Shown: positions 1 to 11,961, numbered from the stretch's first letter. The stretch: DNA of 64,000 nucleotides from an uncultured delta proteobacterium (GCA_963802945.1 CAWDKY010000016.1:96001-160000); one strand, 5' to 3'. Notes: generated from the sequence alone by a model not told the origin. Numbers and translations are program-made.

Positions 1-1
1 C

Positions 2-364
2 CATACCCCCGGTCTGATCCGCTGCATTAATTTCAACGTCATTTCCAATTGTCTGGGCGTCCTGAACCGCCACATCTTCTCCCGCATATCCCTGCTCACC
101 GGCGCTTTCCGGGGTTCCCTTTTTGATCTGGACAGCACCAACTGCTATGATTGGGACGAAGAACCGGAAACCTGCCAGATACGCCCTGGCTATTTTCTTT
201 TGGATATTCCCCCGGCCTTGACCCAGTCTTGGGAAAAACGCAGGCCCTCCAGCAAGCGGCCTTGGAAGAAAAGATTAAAAAGAAGGATTGGAATTGAGCC
301 GATTTTTTTATCCAGGATTTCCCGTATGTTAATTGCAATAGCTTTAAAGGAATACGGTTTTTGA
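2..364 (+). CDS. possible 3' end of a gene entering from the left edge (unknown product)
   Basis: Frame 2 is open from base 2 to TGA at 362-364 (HTPGLIRCINFNVISNCLGVLNRH...). No recognisable motif; the end may be frameshifted. Confidence 0.3.
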   Translation, partial: HTPGLIRCINFNVISNCLGVLNRHIFSRISLLTGAFRGSLFDLDSTNCYDWDEEPETCQIRPGYFLLDIPPALTQSWEKRRPSSKRPWKKRLKRRIGIEPIFLSRISRMLIAIALKEYGF

Positions 365-545
365 GGGGCCTCAATGCCCTGTTGAAGAATAAAATTGGCA
401 TGAATGCCGTTAAACTGTATCCCGTTACCAAAAGTGACGATACTGACGGTTTGATTTTCTTCATTTCCTCATAAGCTTCCCGTCCACTCATCTTCGGCAT
501 AAACACATCGAAGAGGACAAGATCAATTTTAGGGTATGCTTTTTT
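270..545 (-). pseudogene. response-regulator receiver domain remnant
   Basis: IDLVLFDVFMPKMSGREAYEEMKKIKP...LLVTGYS, then in another frame QKPYSFKAIAINIREILD. Receiver motifs (D-x-x-MP, T/S, KP) are present but the N-terminus is missing and the frame shifts. Confidence 0.6.
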
Positions 546-613
546 AAAGCAAAGGCACTTGTTTCTCGGTATTATCGGTCCATTGAGTTATTTCCATAAA
601 TTTTCCGACCGAA

Positions 614-1237
614 TTACAGAGAGAGAAGAGACACAATCTGCTGATGGATTTCATCAGGGGGCATAGTGGCATCGATTACGGTGATCCGCTCCGGTTCCTT
701 CCAGGCCAGGAGCAGGTAACCCTGACGTATCTTTTCATGAAAGGCCCGGGCCTCTTGTTCAAAACGGGATTCCTTTTGGGATTCTTCGGAGTTATTGATT
801 CGATCCCAGGCCCGGGAAAGGCCTGTGGATACCGGCAGGTTAAAAAAGAATGTTTTATCCGGCCAGAGAGAGCCCAGAACCTGCGGTCGTAATTGGTTCA
901 AAAGTTTTTCATTCAATCCTCTGGCCAGGCCCTGATAAACGGCGGTGGCATCCCAGAAACGATCCGAAATTACCCACTGCCCCTTGGATAGGGCCGGAAG
1001 AATTTTTTCATTAACGTGTTGGCAGCGGTCGGCCAGATATAGAAACAACTCGGCCAGGGGATCCAACTTCTTGTTTTTCTGATCCAGCAAAATGGCCCGG
1101 ATTTGCAGACCGATCTTGGTCGCCCCCGGTTCCCGGGTGACCAAGCAGGGAATGCCATGATCTTTCAGTACCTTCCGCAGACGCTTGATCTGGGTGGTCT
1201 TGCCGGAACCTTCTATGCCTTCAAAAGTGATGAACAT
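614..1237 (-). CDS. tmk: thymidylate (dTMP) kinase
   Basis: FITFEGIEGSGKTTQ P-loop, TREPG, ISDRF...YQG motifs; 207 aa. Confidence 0.96.
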   Translation of the reverse strand: MFITFEGIEGSGKTTQIKRLRKVLKDHGIPCLVTREPGATKIGLQIRAILLDQKNKKLDPLAELFLYLADRCQHVNEKILPALSKGQWVISDRFWDATAVYQGLARGLNEKLLNQLRPQVLGSLWPDKTFFFNLPVSTGLSRAWDRINNSEESQKESRFEQEARAFHEKIRQGYLLLAWKEPERITVIDATMPPDEIHQQIVSLLSL

Positions 1238-1803
1238 GGTTTAATAACAGTTTGATTTCCTTTGAGTTGGCCTGAGTATAAAATAAGCCCCTAGAGGGGT
1301 CAAGGAGAAAAATAGACTCATAACTCCTTCCCACGGTCCCTGGAAATAAAATTTAGTTAATATTTTTTCGAGACCATTAATATTGAAGAGGGCAGTCCTG
1401 GTTTTCTTTTTGACGAAGTCAACGTAAGATGTTACTATTAAGCCGTAATACTGAACCATTAGTTCCCCGTGATGGGGGATATGGAGGTCATGGCCTCTAG
1501 TCAATCTAAGGCACCTAAGAATTTTTCTTATCGGTCGTCTTTGGATCAGTAGATAATCTGGGCCTCCTAAGGTGAAAATCACCAGGGATTCAATATTTGA
1601 GAATTATTTTTGCGACCTATTGCTCCGAGGCAACCATTACTGGAAACAAAATGACTAACGTTTCGAACTCTTGTCACTCCTAAGATGAATAAAAAAATGA
1701 AACGTTTTTTTGACTTTACGACAGCATTAATTTCAATAACCATGATGGCCCTAAACAAGAAAGCTCATGACTTGGTTAATTTTAGATCCTTGTGTAAACA
1801 GAT

Positions 1804-2931
1804 ATGAGACGAAAACTATTCCCTCTGAAACCACCCAAGAAGATCCTTTTAATAGCATCACGGCGAATAGGAGATGTTCTCTTGATAACTCCAGTTATAA
1901 GATCGATACGCCATGCATATCCGGGTGTAAAAATCGATGTCGTTGTCTTTAAGGGTACAGAGGGTTGCATCTCGGCAAATAAAGATATTAATAATATTAT
2001 TGGAATTCAGCAAGACGCAACCCTCCGAGAACAGGTCAAAACAGTATGTAAACTATTTCGCAAGTATGACCTATCCATTTCGACACTTTCTGGAGACAGA
2101 CCTATTTTCTACTCGTGGATAGCTGGAAAAAGTTGTATAGGATTCGTGGAAAATGGATATAAATACCTATGGAAACGATTGCTTTTAGACAGATATGAAC
2201 TATTTGACAATTATGAAACTCATACCGTGGCAATGAATCTGTCTCTACTTAAGCAGCTCGACATAAAACCAATGTCAGAAATTACCGCTTCATGGACCAA
2301 TGAGGATGAGATAGCGTTCAGGCAACTTCTCCCATTTGATATGGAGAAAAAATCTTATGCCGTGATAAATGTTTATCCCATGTTCAACTATAAGAGGTGG
2401 AATCTTGAAGGCTGGATAAACCTTATCAGCTGGCTTAATAAGTCGAAAGGCTTGGAAATAGTATTGACCGGAGGCAATTCATCAGATGAGCTAGGATATA
2501 TCTCCTTGCTTCGTCAATCACTGCCCAACGACAGCATAAATATTGCAGGGAAAGTCAGCCTGAGCGGAGTTGCTTATCTGTTAAGCAAAGCATCCGTATA
2601 TATTGGACTTGATACAGCGGTTACACATATGGCCGCGGCGTTAGGAATTCCAACGATTGCGCTGTATGGGCCAACAAATCCAGTTAAATGGGGGCCCATG
2701 CCTAATAACGTTTCTTTTTCAGGTAAAAGCCCTTACAAAAGAAAAGGATCTCAGATAGTAAAAAATGTTTTTCTTTTACAGGGGCAAGGTGATTGCGTTC
2801 CGTGCCATGAAGAAGGTTGTGATAGAAACGTTAGAAGTTTCAGCAAATGCCTTCAAGAGATATCTGCAGATGCTGTGATTGAGGCCGTAGAAACAATGAT
2901 GAAGCGAAATCGTTTGCCCAATATTGTTTAA
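1804..2931 (+). CDS. glycosyltransferase family 9 (LPS heptosyltransferase, RfaQ/WaaQ-like)
   Basis: RRIGDVLLITP, YKRW, GLDTAVTHMAAALGIPTIALYGPT motifs; 375 aa. Confidence 0.9.
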   Translation: MRRKLFPLKPPKKILLIASRRIGDVLLITPVIRSIRHAYPGVKIDVVVFKGTEGCISANKDINNIIGIQQDATLREQVKTVCKLFRKYDLSISTLSGDRPIFYSWIAGKSCIGFVENGYKYLWKRLLLDRYELFDNYETHTVAMNLSLLKQLDIKPMSEITASWTNEDEIAFRQLLPFDMEKKSYAVINVYPMFNYKRWNLEGWINLISWLNKSKGLEIVLTGGNSSDELGYISLLRQSLPNDSINIAGKVSLSGVAYLLSKASVYIGLDTAVTHMAAALGIPTIALYGPTNPVKWGPMPNNVSFSGKSPYKRKGSQIVKNVFLLQGQGDCVPCHEEGCDRNVRSFSKCLQEISADAVIEAVETMMKRNRLPNIV

Positions 2932-2987
2932 GAGACACATTGATAATATGGAAAATAAAATAGTAAAGAGTTCTCGCTGATCAGCAT

Positions 2988-3400
2988 TTGCAAGAGATAA
3001 AGGGAACTTCGGAAGTGTATAGAATGATGTTCTATAAAAATACGATTAAAATAATTTTAGGACATTTCATTCTAGTAGTTGGCACGAGCGGCTTTTTCAA
3101 GGCGTATTACAAAGTGGCAAAAGGTACGAAAATGACCGGTACCGTTAATCCCCATAATGAATATCTTATGGTTACATCGCAATTAGGAATCTCAGGCCTT
3201 TGCGCGTTTTGTATCTTTTTTTAATGCATAGCCTTGAGCATCCAATTCGAATTTATTCTTTTATAAAATGATAGCCCGGGGTTTTGTGTTGACAATTTTA
3301 TCAGCAAGTAGGGTTACCTCGATATTGATGGGTCATACCGAGAGAACATTTTATATATGGATGAGCGCTCCTTTATTCGGAGGATATGTATCTAATCGTC
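2988..3400 (+). pseudogene. O-antigen ligase (WaaL) C-terminal remnant
   Basis: Fragments RMMFYKNTIKII...GTSGF...NPHNEYL...SQLGISGL and ARGFVL...GHTERTFY in different frames, with stops. Parallels the intact ligase at 5557-6825. Confidence 0.7.
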
Positions 3401-3415
3401 GCCAAGAGGGTCATC

Positions 3416-4158
3416 GTGAGATTATCAGTAATAATCATAACGAAAAATGAAGAAAAGAATATCCGGGTTTGCCTGGATTCCGTTGCCTGGGCTGATGAAA
3501 TTATTGTTCTTGATTCCGGCAGCACGGATGCCACGGTTACGATATGCAAACAGTATACTGATAAAGTTTATGAAACGGACTGGATTGGTTTTGGGCATCA
3601 GAAGAACCGTGCATTAAACTATGCGTCTGGAGATTGGGTATTGTCACTGGATGCTGATGAATGGATAACACCGGAGTTAAAGGCCGAGATTCTGACGGCT
3701 ATAGCAAAATCCAGGTAGTTATGTCGGCTTTTGAGATACCGCAGATTGTCCAGTTATTGCGGTCAATATATGCGCCACAGTGGATGGTGGCCTGATCATG
3801 TTACTCGTCTTTGCAGAAGGGGTATGGCTCGATTTAACGAGCAACTAATTCATGAGAGAATGATTGTTGATGGGAAGCGTCGGCCGTTTATCCAATCATA
3901 TAATGCATGCGTCTTTTAAGGATTTGGAACATGTATTGACTAAGCTTAATCGATATTCAACCGATAATGCCAATTTATTACTTGCCGAAGGGGAAAAATC
4001 TTCATTATCAAAAGCGATATCTGCATGGGTTATGGAGTTTTATCCATACCTATATCGTGCACGCCGGATTTCTTAGATGGCTGCATGGGATTTATCCTTG
4101 CAGTTTCCAATGCAGAAGGCACATACTACAAGTATTTAAAACTAATGCATGTTAAATA
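3416..4158 (+). pseudogene. LPS core glycosyltransferase family 2 (KdtX/WaaE-like), disrupted
   Basis: LSVIIITKNEEKNI...DSGSTD...WVLSLDADE, then TAG at 3716-3718. RHSGWWPD, HE and KLNRYS...YKYLKL continue in shifting frames. Confidence 0.8.
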
Positions 4159-4168
4159 AAAATAAAAG

Positions 4169-4205
4169 ATGAACATTGCCATCATTGTTACAACATATAA
4201 AGGAC
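4169..4205 (+). pseudogene. truncated start of a second GT2 gene
   Basis: MNIAIIVTTY resembles the GT2 N-terminal strand (compare VSLIITTY at 4541-5371); similarity stops after about 11 codons. Confidence 0.4.
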
Positions 4206-4540
4206 CAAGGCCGTCATTCCGAGTAGTATGGCCTGGAAATGATGTATCCCAACAAGCCCGAAAAGGGAGTAGATTACTTTCCGCCCTCTGTGCCAACTTC
4301 AGAAGCCACTCGATCGGTCGCACTGGCCTCATTTCCTGTTGTCGAGAGAGCCTGTTTTGAAAGATATTATAAAAATCGTGATCGCTGGTTTGACTACGCC
4401 TGAGATCTAAATCCAGTCATCAATGCATAATGTCTATTGATGGGCCAGCAAGCTGTTCATCAAAAGGGATGGAAGCACAAAAGCCATGAGTCCGAATGGT
4501 CTGGGATGGATGATGGGTGTTTTGCTGAAGGTTACTTATG

Positions 4541-5371
4541 TCATTCTGAACTATGATAGCTGTTTGCATGTAACCGTTTATCAATGCCATTTATACACCA
4601 AGTTGATTCAGTCTGGATGGCCTGTTCAAGAAGTCTGTCGTTGTGCTCCAGGGAGTCCTGTGGATTCGCGGGATGAAAAAGATGGAACGACAAGGCTCTG
4701 AATCTAATGGTCTGCCTCTGTACTCCGCTGCTCATTAGTCGGGCCGCAAACTCGCTGTCCTCTCTTCCCCATCCTTCAAAATCCTCATTGAAGCCATTTA
4801 CGGCAATGCCGTCGGCACGCCAAAACGCGAAATTGCATGTTCTGATTCCATGGAGATTCATACTCTTACGAGTGACCAGCCTTGAGAGAAAAACAGAATG
4901 GATAGAGTTCTTCCGGTTTATAAGACCATTCTCAAAAAAGGAAAAACACAACTGTTTCTCTTGTAGGACCTGTGCGCTTTTGCTTGGGGTTAGAAGAACC
5001 CTGGAGCCTTGGGAGAAAAAACGTCGCCGCGCGACTTTTGCGTGGTCCTCAAGGAATGCCTTGTGCAGTATTATGTCTCCATCGATGAAAATAATATACT
5101 CACCCGTTGCCTTAGCAAGGGCCTTGTTCCTGATTTGTGCCGCCCGGAATCCTTTGTCCTTTTGCCAGATGTGGTAGATGGGGACTCGATGGTCCCTCGC
5201 AATTCGGCAAATTAGATCCCGTGTATCCTCCCTCGATCCGTCATCGGCAATAATGATCTCATCTGGTGGTTGAGTCTGGCATAGAGCGCTCAGTAAGGAG
5301 AGCTCAAGGGCCTCCTTCCAGTCGTAAGTGGTTATAATGAGAGAAACAGCCACGTTCTCGGTTCTCCGCAT
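4541..5371 (-). CDS. glycosyltransferase family 2 with galactosyltransferase-like C-terminus
   Basis: SLIITTY, IADDGS, GFRAAQIRN, IFIDGD, NGFNEDFEGWGREDSE. Start placed at ATG 5371 (MRRTENV); the ORF track extends to 5560. Confidence 0.88.
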   Translation of the reverse strand: MRRTENVAVSLIITTYDWKEALELSLLSALCQTQPPDEIIIADDGSREDTRDLICRIARDHRVPIYHIWQKDKGFRAAQIRNKALAKATGEYIIFIDGDIILHKAFLEDHAKVARRRFFSQGSRVLLTPSKSAQVLQEKQLCFSFFENGLINRKNSIHSVFLSRLVTRKSMNLHGIRTCNFAFWRADGIAVNGFNEDFEGWGREDSEFAARLMSSGVQRQTIRFRALSFHLFHPANPQDSLEHNDRLLEQAIQTESTWCINGIDKRLHANSYHSSE

Positions 5372-5556
5372 GACAGTACCCGGATGTTGCAAAAGCCGAG
5401 GATGCTGTAGATCCGAGGTGGCAAGGGTGAAGTTGTACTTAGGTGCTGCGAACCCTTGCCAACCCCACCTGTGGCGGGACATCGCACGGCTTTCCCGAAG
5501 GGTAAAACTGATTGATATTTTATAAAAATCCCCAAATGCACCTCGTTCCTCACCCG

Positions 5557-6825
5557 TCAAATCCCATCAAAATCGCCGTAAAGGATAGCACTGAAGTAGG
5601 CAAAGGTCATACCGCCGTGGTGCCCCAAGAGATAGGAGTCAAAGAGCATAATGGTCAGAAAAAAGACCGGTAGAGCTAACCGTAAATGTCTGAAACCACC
5701 GCGGGTATTTCGTGAACACCGAATCTGTAAATAGAAAATAAGTAATAGTGACAAGAGACCGATGACGCCGAATTGTGCCTGAACGAGAAGATAATTGTTG
5801 TGTGGGTTTACAGTACTCACCACATCTGGTGATCGGGTCTGATTGACCCTTTTATACTCTTCGGCAAAGTCTCCCGTGCCTACACCAAATAAGGGGTGTT
5901 CTTTGATGATTTCAAAAGTGTTCAAGAAAAAGGTAATACGGTCATTACCATGCGTTGATTGTTTATTCATTTGGAAATTCAAGATCTCGTCCACCGCTTC
6001 ATTCACTCGCTGATGAAATGTAGAAGTGAACTGATAGGAGACGAAGAATAGTACCAACACTACCCCACAGGAAGTGGCCAGAGCCTTCAGCGGTCTTCCG
6101 TGAAAATACTGGAGGCAAACCAAGATTAGCATTACAAAAAATACGAGCTGCCCAGTTCGGCCTATCGTCAAGAACAGGTTTATGGTCATGATTATGAGAA
6201 GAACCGCATACACGGTTTTCTTCCATACTGCAAGCTGGCAAAATAAAAGGGCATGAAGGAGCAGATAGGTGGACAGGGCCAAAAGGGGATTAAAGGAAAC
6301 GTGAGTCATGGGCATAAAGTTAATCACATGTAGCAGATTGAGGGAAGAAAGAAAGCAGAGCAGTGCCATACCCAAAAGATAAGAATCGAAGTAGTATGGG
6401 ATATGCTCTCTTCTTACATAGACCATTATCGTCGGCACCAAAAGTAGTTTCCATTGTTTGTTGATCATATGCAGTCCCCATGCGACATCATGGGTCCAGA
6501 GAAGGCCGACCACATGCAACATGAAAAACGCGGCGAGTGCCATCACGATCTGATTTTTGCTGAAGCTCTTGACATGCTCCTTCAGGTTCCCGTCCAAGAG
6601 AAAGCAGATGATGATCGCAATGGCCACTGTTGTACCCACAGAGGTCGAAAGCGTCAGGAAAAGGCCAAAAACTATTATGAGATAAGAACCCATTTTCGAG
6701 AGGTTCTGCCTAAACACTCTCACGCTGGCTATTGGGAGTTGTCCCACGGTCATTTCTTGCTCCTTCACTGCCTCGGCCAGGGCTGATACGGTCGGGGTTT
6801 CCATCGCCGGTGCAGCCAACACCAT
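5557..6825 (-). CDS. O-antigen ligase family (WaaL/Wzy_C) protein
   Basis: Multiple TM segments, GRTG, HPLFGVGTGDF and NPHNNYL motifs. Start codon uncertain. Confidence 0.88.
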   Translation of the reverse strand: MVLAAPAMETPTVSALAEAVKEQEMTVGQLPIASVRVFRQNLSKMGSYLIIVFGLFLTLSTSVGTTVAIAIIICFLLDGNLKEHVKSFSKNQIVMALAAFFMLHVVGLLWTHDVAWGLHMINKQWKLLLVPTIMVYVRREHIPYYFDSYLLGMALLCFLSSLNLLHVINFMPMTHVSFNPLLALSTYLLLHALLFCQLAVWKKTVYAVLLIIMTINLFLTIGRTGQLVFFVMLILVCLQYFHGRPLKALATSCGVVLVLFFVSYQFTSTFHQRVNEAVDEILNFQMNKQSTHGNDRITFFLNTFEIIKEHPLFGVGTGDFAEEYKRVNQTRSPDVVSTVNPHNNYLLVQAQFGVIGLLSLLLIFYLQIRCSRNTRGGFRHLRLALPVFFLTIMLFDSYLLGHHGGMTFAYFSAILYGDFDGI

Positions 6826-6866
6826 TATTCAGGGGGATTGCGCAAATAATCTTCAATGATCCGGTG

Positions 6867-6980
6867 TTTGATAAGAAATTGCTTTTTGATGGAAAGAGTA
6901 TAGGGAATGAAAAAGATACAGTCAAGGAGAAAGATAGGGGCCAAAGGTAAGGGGAATTAGGAGGTCTTCTGGAGAAAATA
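6867..6980 (-). repeat. IS91-like oriIS end, copy 1, with outward sigma70-type promoter
   Basis: About 115 bp similar to 9913-10026. Minus strand reads TTGACT(6925-6920)-17 nt-TATACT(6902-6897)...AAAAAGCAATTTCTTATC, downstream of an IS91-like tnp fragment. Confidence 0.65.
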
Positions 6981-7067
6981 GAGTTTTGTAGTTCTGGACT
7001 TTACAGATAGAAGGGGATAAGGGGAAAAGAAGAGGCAGACTACCAAAAATTGGACAAACTACTTCCT

Positions 7068-7390
7068 TTACATCCAGATCTTCCTTATCTCAAACGAAGG
7101 AGTGATTTGTGGAAGCCTCGAAGTTCTGGTCAAAGACTTCCTCATAGAAAGGAGCTGGGAATCCGAATAGTCTATCTGAAGTTCGAAAGATTTGGGTTTG
7201 GGTGGGGGTCTCTGATTTGCCTGCCATAAACCCAAATGACCTAAAATTTTGTTGATCACTTCCTGGTCCTCGATAATGCTGATTATCCGCATCAGACCCT
7301 GACATTTGGGGCAGGTCAGGGGATCGACTTCATATATTTTTTGAATCAAGCGAGCCCAATTCCTTTTACTTGCTTGTTGATCGGCCAGAA
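7068..7390 (-). mobile_element. IS91-family (rolling-circle) transposase C-terminal fragment
   Basis: WARLIQKIYEVDPLTCPKCQGLMRIISIIEDQEVINKILGHLGLW...RPPP is the typical Zn-ribbon C-terminus. The catalytic region is absent. Confidence 0.75.
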
Positions 7391-7568
7391 GTATATGGAT
7401 TGCCCAACAACCTGATTTTCTCAAGTACAACCAAATAATAATCAAGCACTTCTGTAATGTTGTTTTTCTTATATTACTAATTCATACAACATTTCAATCC
7501 GTAATAAACACAGTTCACGCTCGACGACAAACATCGGATCCACCCCCGCGTTTATGATAAAGATTTAA

Positions 7569-7622
7569 TTGACATACAAGGCTAAAGCTTCTATCCTTCA
7601 TACCAAAGGAAGTTCTTATCAA
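7569..7622 (+). promoter_or_regulatory. oriIS-like end, copy 3, with outward promoter
   Basis: TTGACA(7569-74)-17 nt-TATCCT(7592-97), then CAAAGGAAGTTCTTATC; same layout as copies 1 and 2. Confidence 0.5.
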
Positions 7623-7670
7623 TGCCTGGAGAGGCACTATTTATACCGTTCTGCTGAGTAAGAAAGGACA

Positions 7671-8644
7671 ATGAGACGATTAGAAAGGCATTGGTCACCG
7701 GCGGTGCCGGCTATATCGGTTCCCACTGCTGCAAGTGGCCGCGGCAAAGCGGCTGGTAACCGGTTGTGATCGACAACCTGACGTACGGCCACGAGGAGTT
7801 TGTTCGCTGGAATGACTTTGTCCGTGGCGACGTTGGGGACAGCGCTCTGCTCGATGAACTTTTCAATAGCTACAAATTTTCGGAAATCGTCCATTCCGCC
7901 GCGTTTGCCTATGTGGGCGAATCGGTCGTAGACCCGGCCAAATACTACCTGAACATTTTTTGCACCAGTGTGACGCTGCTGGAGGCAATGCGCCGGCACG
8001 GCGCCGGCACCATCGTCTTTTCTTCTACCTGTGCCATATATGGAAATCCGGTGCAGCTACCGATGACCGAAAGGCACCCGCAGAATCCGATCAATCCCTA
8101 TGGCCGGTCGAACCTGATGATCGAGCAGGTCCTCGCCGATTATAACCGGGCTTATAGGCTCCGCTACGTAAGCCTGTACTATTTTAATGCCGCTGGCGAG
8201 ATTGGCGAGCAGCACGAACCGGAGACCCACCTGATCCCGCTGGTACTGGATGCTACAGCCGGCAAGCGGCCCCAGGTCGAGGTCTACGGCAACGATAATC
8301 CTCCCGCTGACGGCACCTGCATTCGTGATTACATTCACACGACCGATCTGGCCGATGCTCATGCGAGAGCCTTAGTGTATCTGGAAAACGGCGGCGCCAG
8401 CCGAGCCTTCAACCTCGGTACCGGCAGGGGGCATTCGGTCATAGATGTGATCAGGTCCGTCGAGAGAGTCACCGGCCGGCGGGTACCATTCTCCGTTCGG
8501 CCGCGCCGGCCCGGGAATCCGGCCGAACTGGTCACCGTTACTGAGATGGCCCACGTTTGTCTGCAGTGGTGTCCGGAGTACGTTAAGCTCGACGCGATTG
8601 TCGCCACGGCATGGCGGTGGCACCAGAGGGAGCGACAGTCATGA
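7671..8644 (+). pseudogene. galE: UDP-glucose 4-epimerase pseudogene
   Basis: ALVTGGAGYIGSH, FSSTCAIYG, ETHLIP, DGTCIRDYIH. ATG 7671 is out of frame, in-frame TAA at 7757-59, catalytic YxxxK reads YGRSN, short deletion after FNAAG. Confidence 0.85.
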
Positions 8645-9510
8645 TATTCGCGTTGTTCGCCCATGGTGCAGAGTTCTACAGCAAGCAAGCGTATCTCGCT
8701 GCCCGCTCCATCATCGTCCGGCAGCCTTCAGCCCAGGTGGTCATCTACACGAACCAAACACTTGCCGACCCCCAGCTGGATATCAGGCAGATCAGCCGAT
8801 TCGAGCTGGAGTCCTGGGGGGGGCCTCTGGCATTCAACCACCGTCAAAAGGTGGGCATGTTGATCCACGCCCATCTGGAACTGGGTGACGACACGCCGTT
8901 TTGCTATCTCGATTCCGATATGTACTGCCGGACCATGCCGGCTGCGCTCATGAACCCTGGCGGCAAAGCGCTCTTCTACGAGAACGAGGGACCGGTCGGG
9001 CCATCCTTTCATAGCAAGCTCTATGACTTCTTCATCGAGCGACGAAAAAGACTCACCATGGCGGGGTATGGTGCGCTACAGCCGAACCCCACCATGTATA
9101 ACTGCGGGCTGATCTTTCTACCGCCGGGAGCCGGGCGGCTGCGGATCTTCGAAGAGGTACTGCGGCTCACCGATTTCCTCTGCCTCCGTTTCCCCCGAAA
9201 GATGACATGGCTGGAGCAGACCGCGTTCTCCTATTTGGTCCCGCTCCATTACGATGTTGCCACGCCGGAGGCGGGGTTCGAACATTACTGGAACTGCAAT
9301 TCCGAAGTGGCCCGGTTGCTGGAGAAGCTGAGTCTAGCCGACATCAACGCGATTGCCGTCGAAGAAGATCGTTTCGCTGAATTGCTGCTGCGGGCAAAAG
9401 CAATGCGGCGCCAGTATGACAATAAGTTGAGGCAGACCATCAGGAACTGGAAAAGGAGTCTGCGTAAGAGAATCACCGTCATCAAAGCGCGTAAACTAAT
9501 CGGAACGTAA
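8641..9510 (+). CDS. putative nucleotide-diphospho-sugar transferase (GT8-like fold)
   Basis: DxD motif YLDSDMY, MYNCGL, EQTAFS, EHYW. ATG overlaps the galE stop (ATGA). Confidence 0.6.
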   Translation: MIFALFAHGAEFYSKQAYLAARSIIVRQPSAQVVIYTNQTLADPQLDIRQISRFELESWGGPLAFNHRQKVGMLIHAHLELGDDTPFCYLDSDMYCRTMPAALMNPGGKALFYENEGPVGPSFHSKLYDFFIERRKRLTMAGYGALQPNPTMYNCGLIFLPPGAGRLRIFEEVLRLTDFLCLRFPRKMTWLEQTAFSYLVPLHYDVATPEAGFEHYWNCNSEVARLLEKLSLADINAIAVEEDRFAELLLRAKAMRRQYDNKLRQTIRNWKRSLRKRITVIKARKLIGT

Positions 9511-9912
9511 TGATTTGAAGGACTTGAACGTCAGCATCATCACATTCACACATTGTAGGTGAAACAAGTAATCACTTACTTCCTGAAACAAAGCATCCGA
9601 AGATTGTTACAAAGATCAATCCGTTCAAATGGTATTAATTAAGCATCGTAAAAAAGAGGCATACAGGAGGGCTGCTTCAATATTGTTTAAAGAATGTCCT
9701 CTTGACAGGCGGTTCGTCCAAAAGGTGATTCGATTTCTTAAAAAGACGGATGTCTCGATATGTCCCTTCCATGACCATCGGCACAGCACCCCATATTTTG
9801 TGGCCTAAAAGACCGTTCTTCTGATATTTCCCCCGTCAAAAGTAATATCTTTGATAGAATGGATAATTAAAGATAAATATGCTATGGAGAAAACCGAAAA
9901 CCAATTTAATTA

Positions 9913-10026
9913 TTTGATAAGAAGTTGCTTTTTGATGGCAAGATTATCAAACAAGAAAAAGAACACCGTCAAAGAGAAAGATAGGGGCCAAAGGCAAGGG
10001 GACAAAGGGGGTCTTCTGGGGAAAAT
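9913..10026 (-). repeat. IS91-like oriIS end, copy 2
   Basis: Diverged copy of 6867-6980. Minus strand TTGACG-18 nt-GATAAT...AAAAAGCAACTTCTTATC; no transposase next to it. Confidence 0.6.
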
Positions 10027-10347
10027 GAGGCCATGGCGACAGATTTTCGGCTCGAAATACGAAAGGTCCGTGCGGTGGCCTCGGCCAAGGTCCGGGACAA
10101 GGTCCCGGCCACGACGGGCCCCATTAATAATATTAACCTTTAACCTTCTTCTCCTCTCCTCAAGGAGGTCCGGCAGATATGCCGGGCCTCCTTTATTTTT
10201 TTCCCAGTAACCAGTCATACCCCTTTGCGGCAGGCAGCACAAAATATGAAAATAAACCTTCGAATCATTCGATTAAGAGTTTTTATTCTGAATTCTGACT
10301 CCTGGATTCTGGATTCTTGATTTTTATTTTCGAACTAAACAAACCGA

Positions 10348-11634
<1,287 letters not shown>

Positions 11635-11782
11635 CTAACCTCCTCAACTTTTTCCACGCTTTAGTTTGTTATGTAAATTTTTATTTTATCATAAACGAAA
11701 CCCGATCTAAAGGCAATAGCTCAACTGCACCTAAATGCATCACTGCTGAAAAATATACCCCAAGGATAACGAAGTTCCGGCG

Positions 11783-11961
11783 ATAGCTCTTAAAAGAAAT
11801 AAAAAAGTAATTTTAGAGATCATCACGCAATATATTGAGTACCTTCAGGAGAATCACATTCCATTTTGACGAATTTACTTTTTAGATCTGTTGCAAAAGG
11901 GATATATCGCCACGACAGCGGTATTGATCTGGCAGAAATCTCCCTGAGCGACTGTTTTTGA
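11783..11961 (+). pseudogene. minimal nucleotidyltransferase (MNT) remnant
   Basis: LEIITQYIEYLQENHIPF*RIYF, then a frameshift to RSVAKGIYRHDSGIDLA: a degenerate FGS-x-A-K-G...DSDIDL motif. Confidence 0.55.

Noticed and set aside
1241-1790. 113 aa ORF and possible repeat-end remnants upstream of tmk
   Set aside because: No motif; similarity to dispersed repeats is too degenerate to support.
6732-10242. Small ORFs sharing TVKEKDRGQR (6732-6950, 9851-10210, 9910-10242)
   Set aside because: Translations of the repeated oriIS-like DNA, not a protein family.
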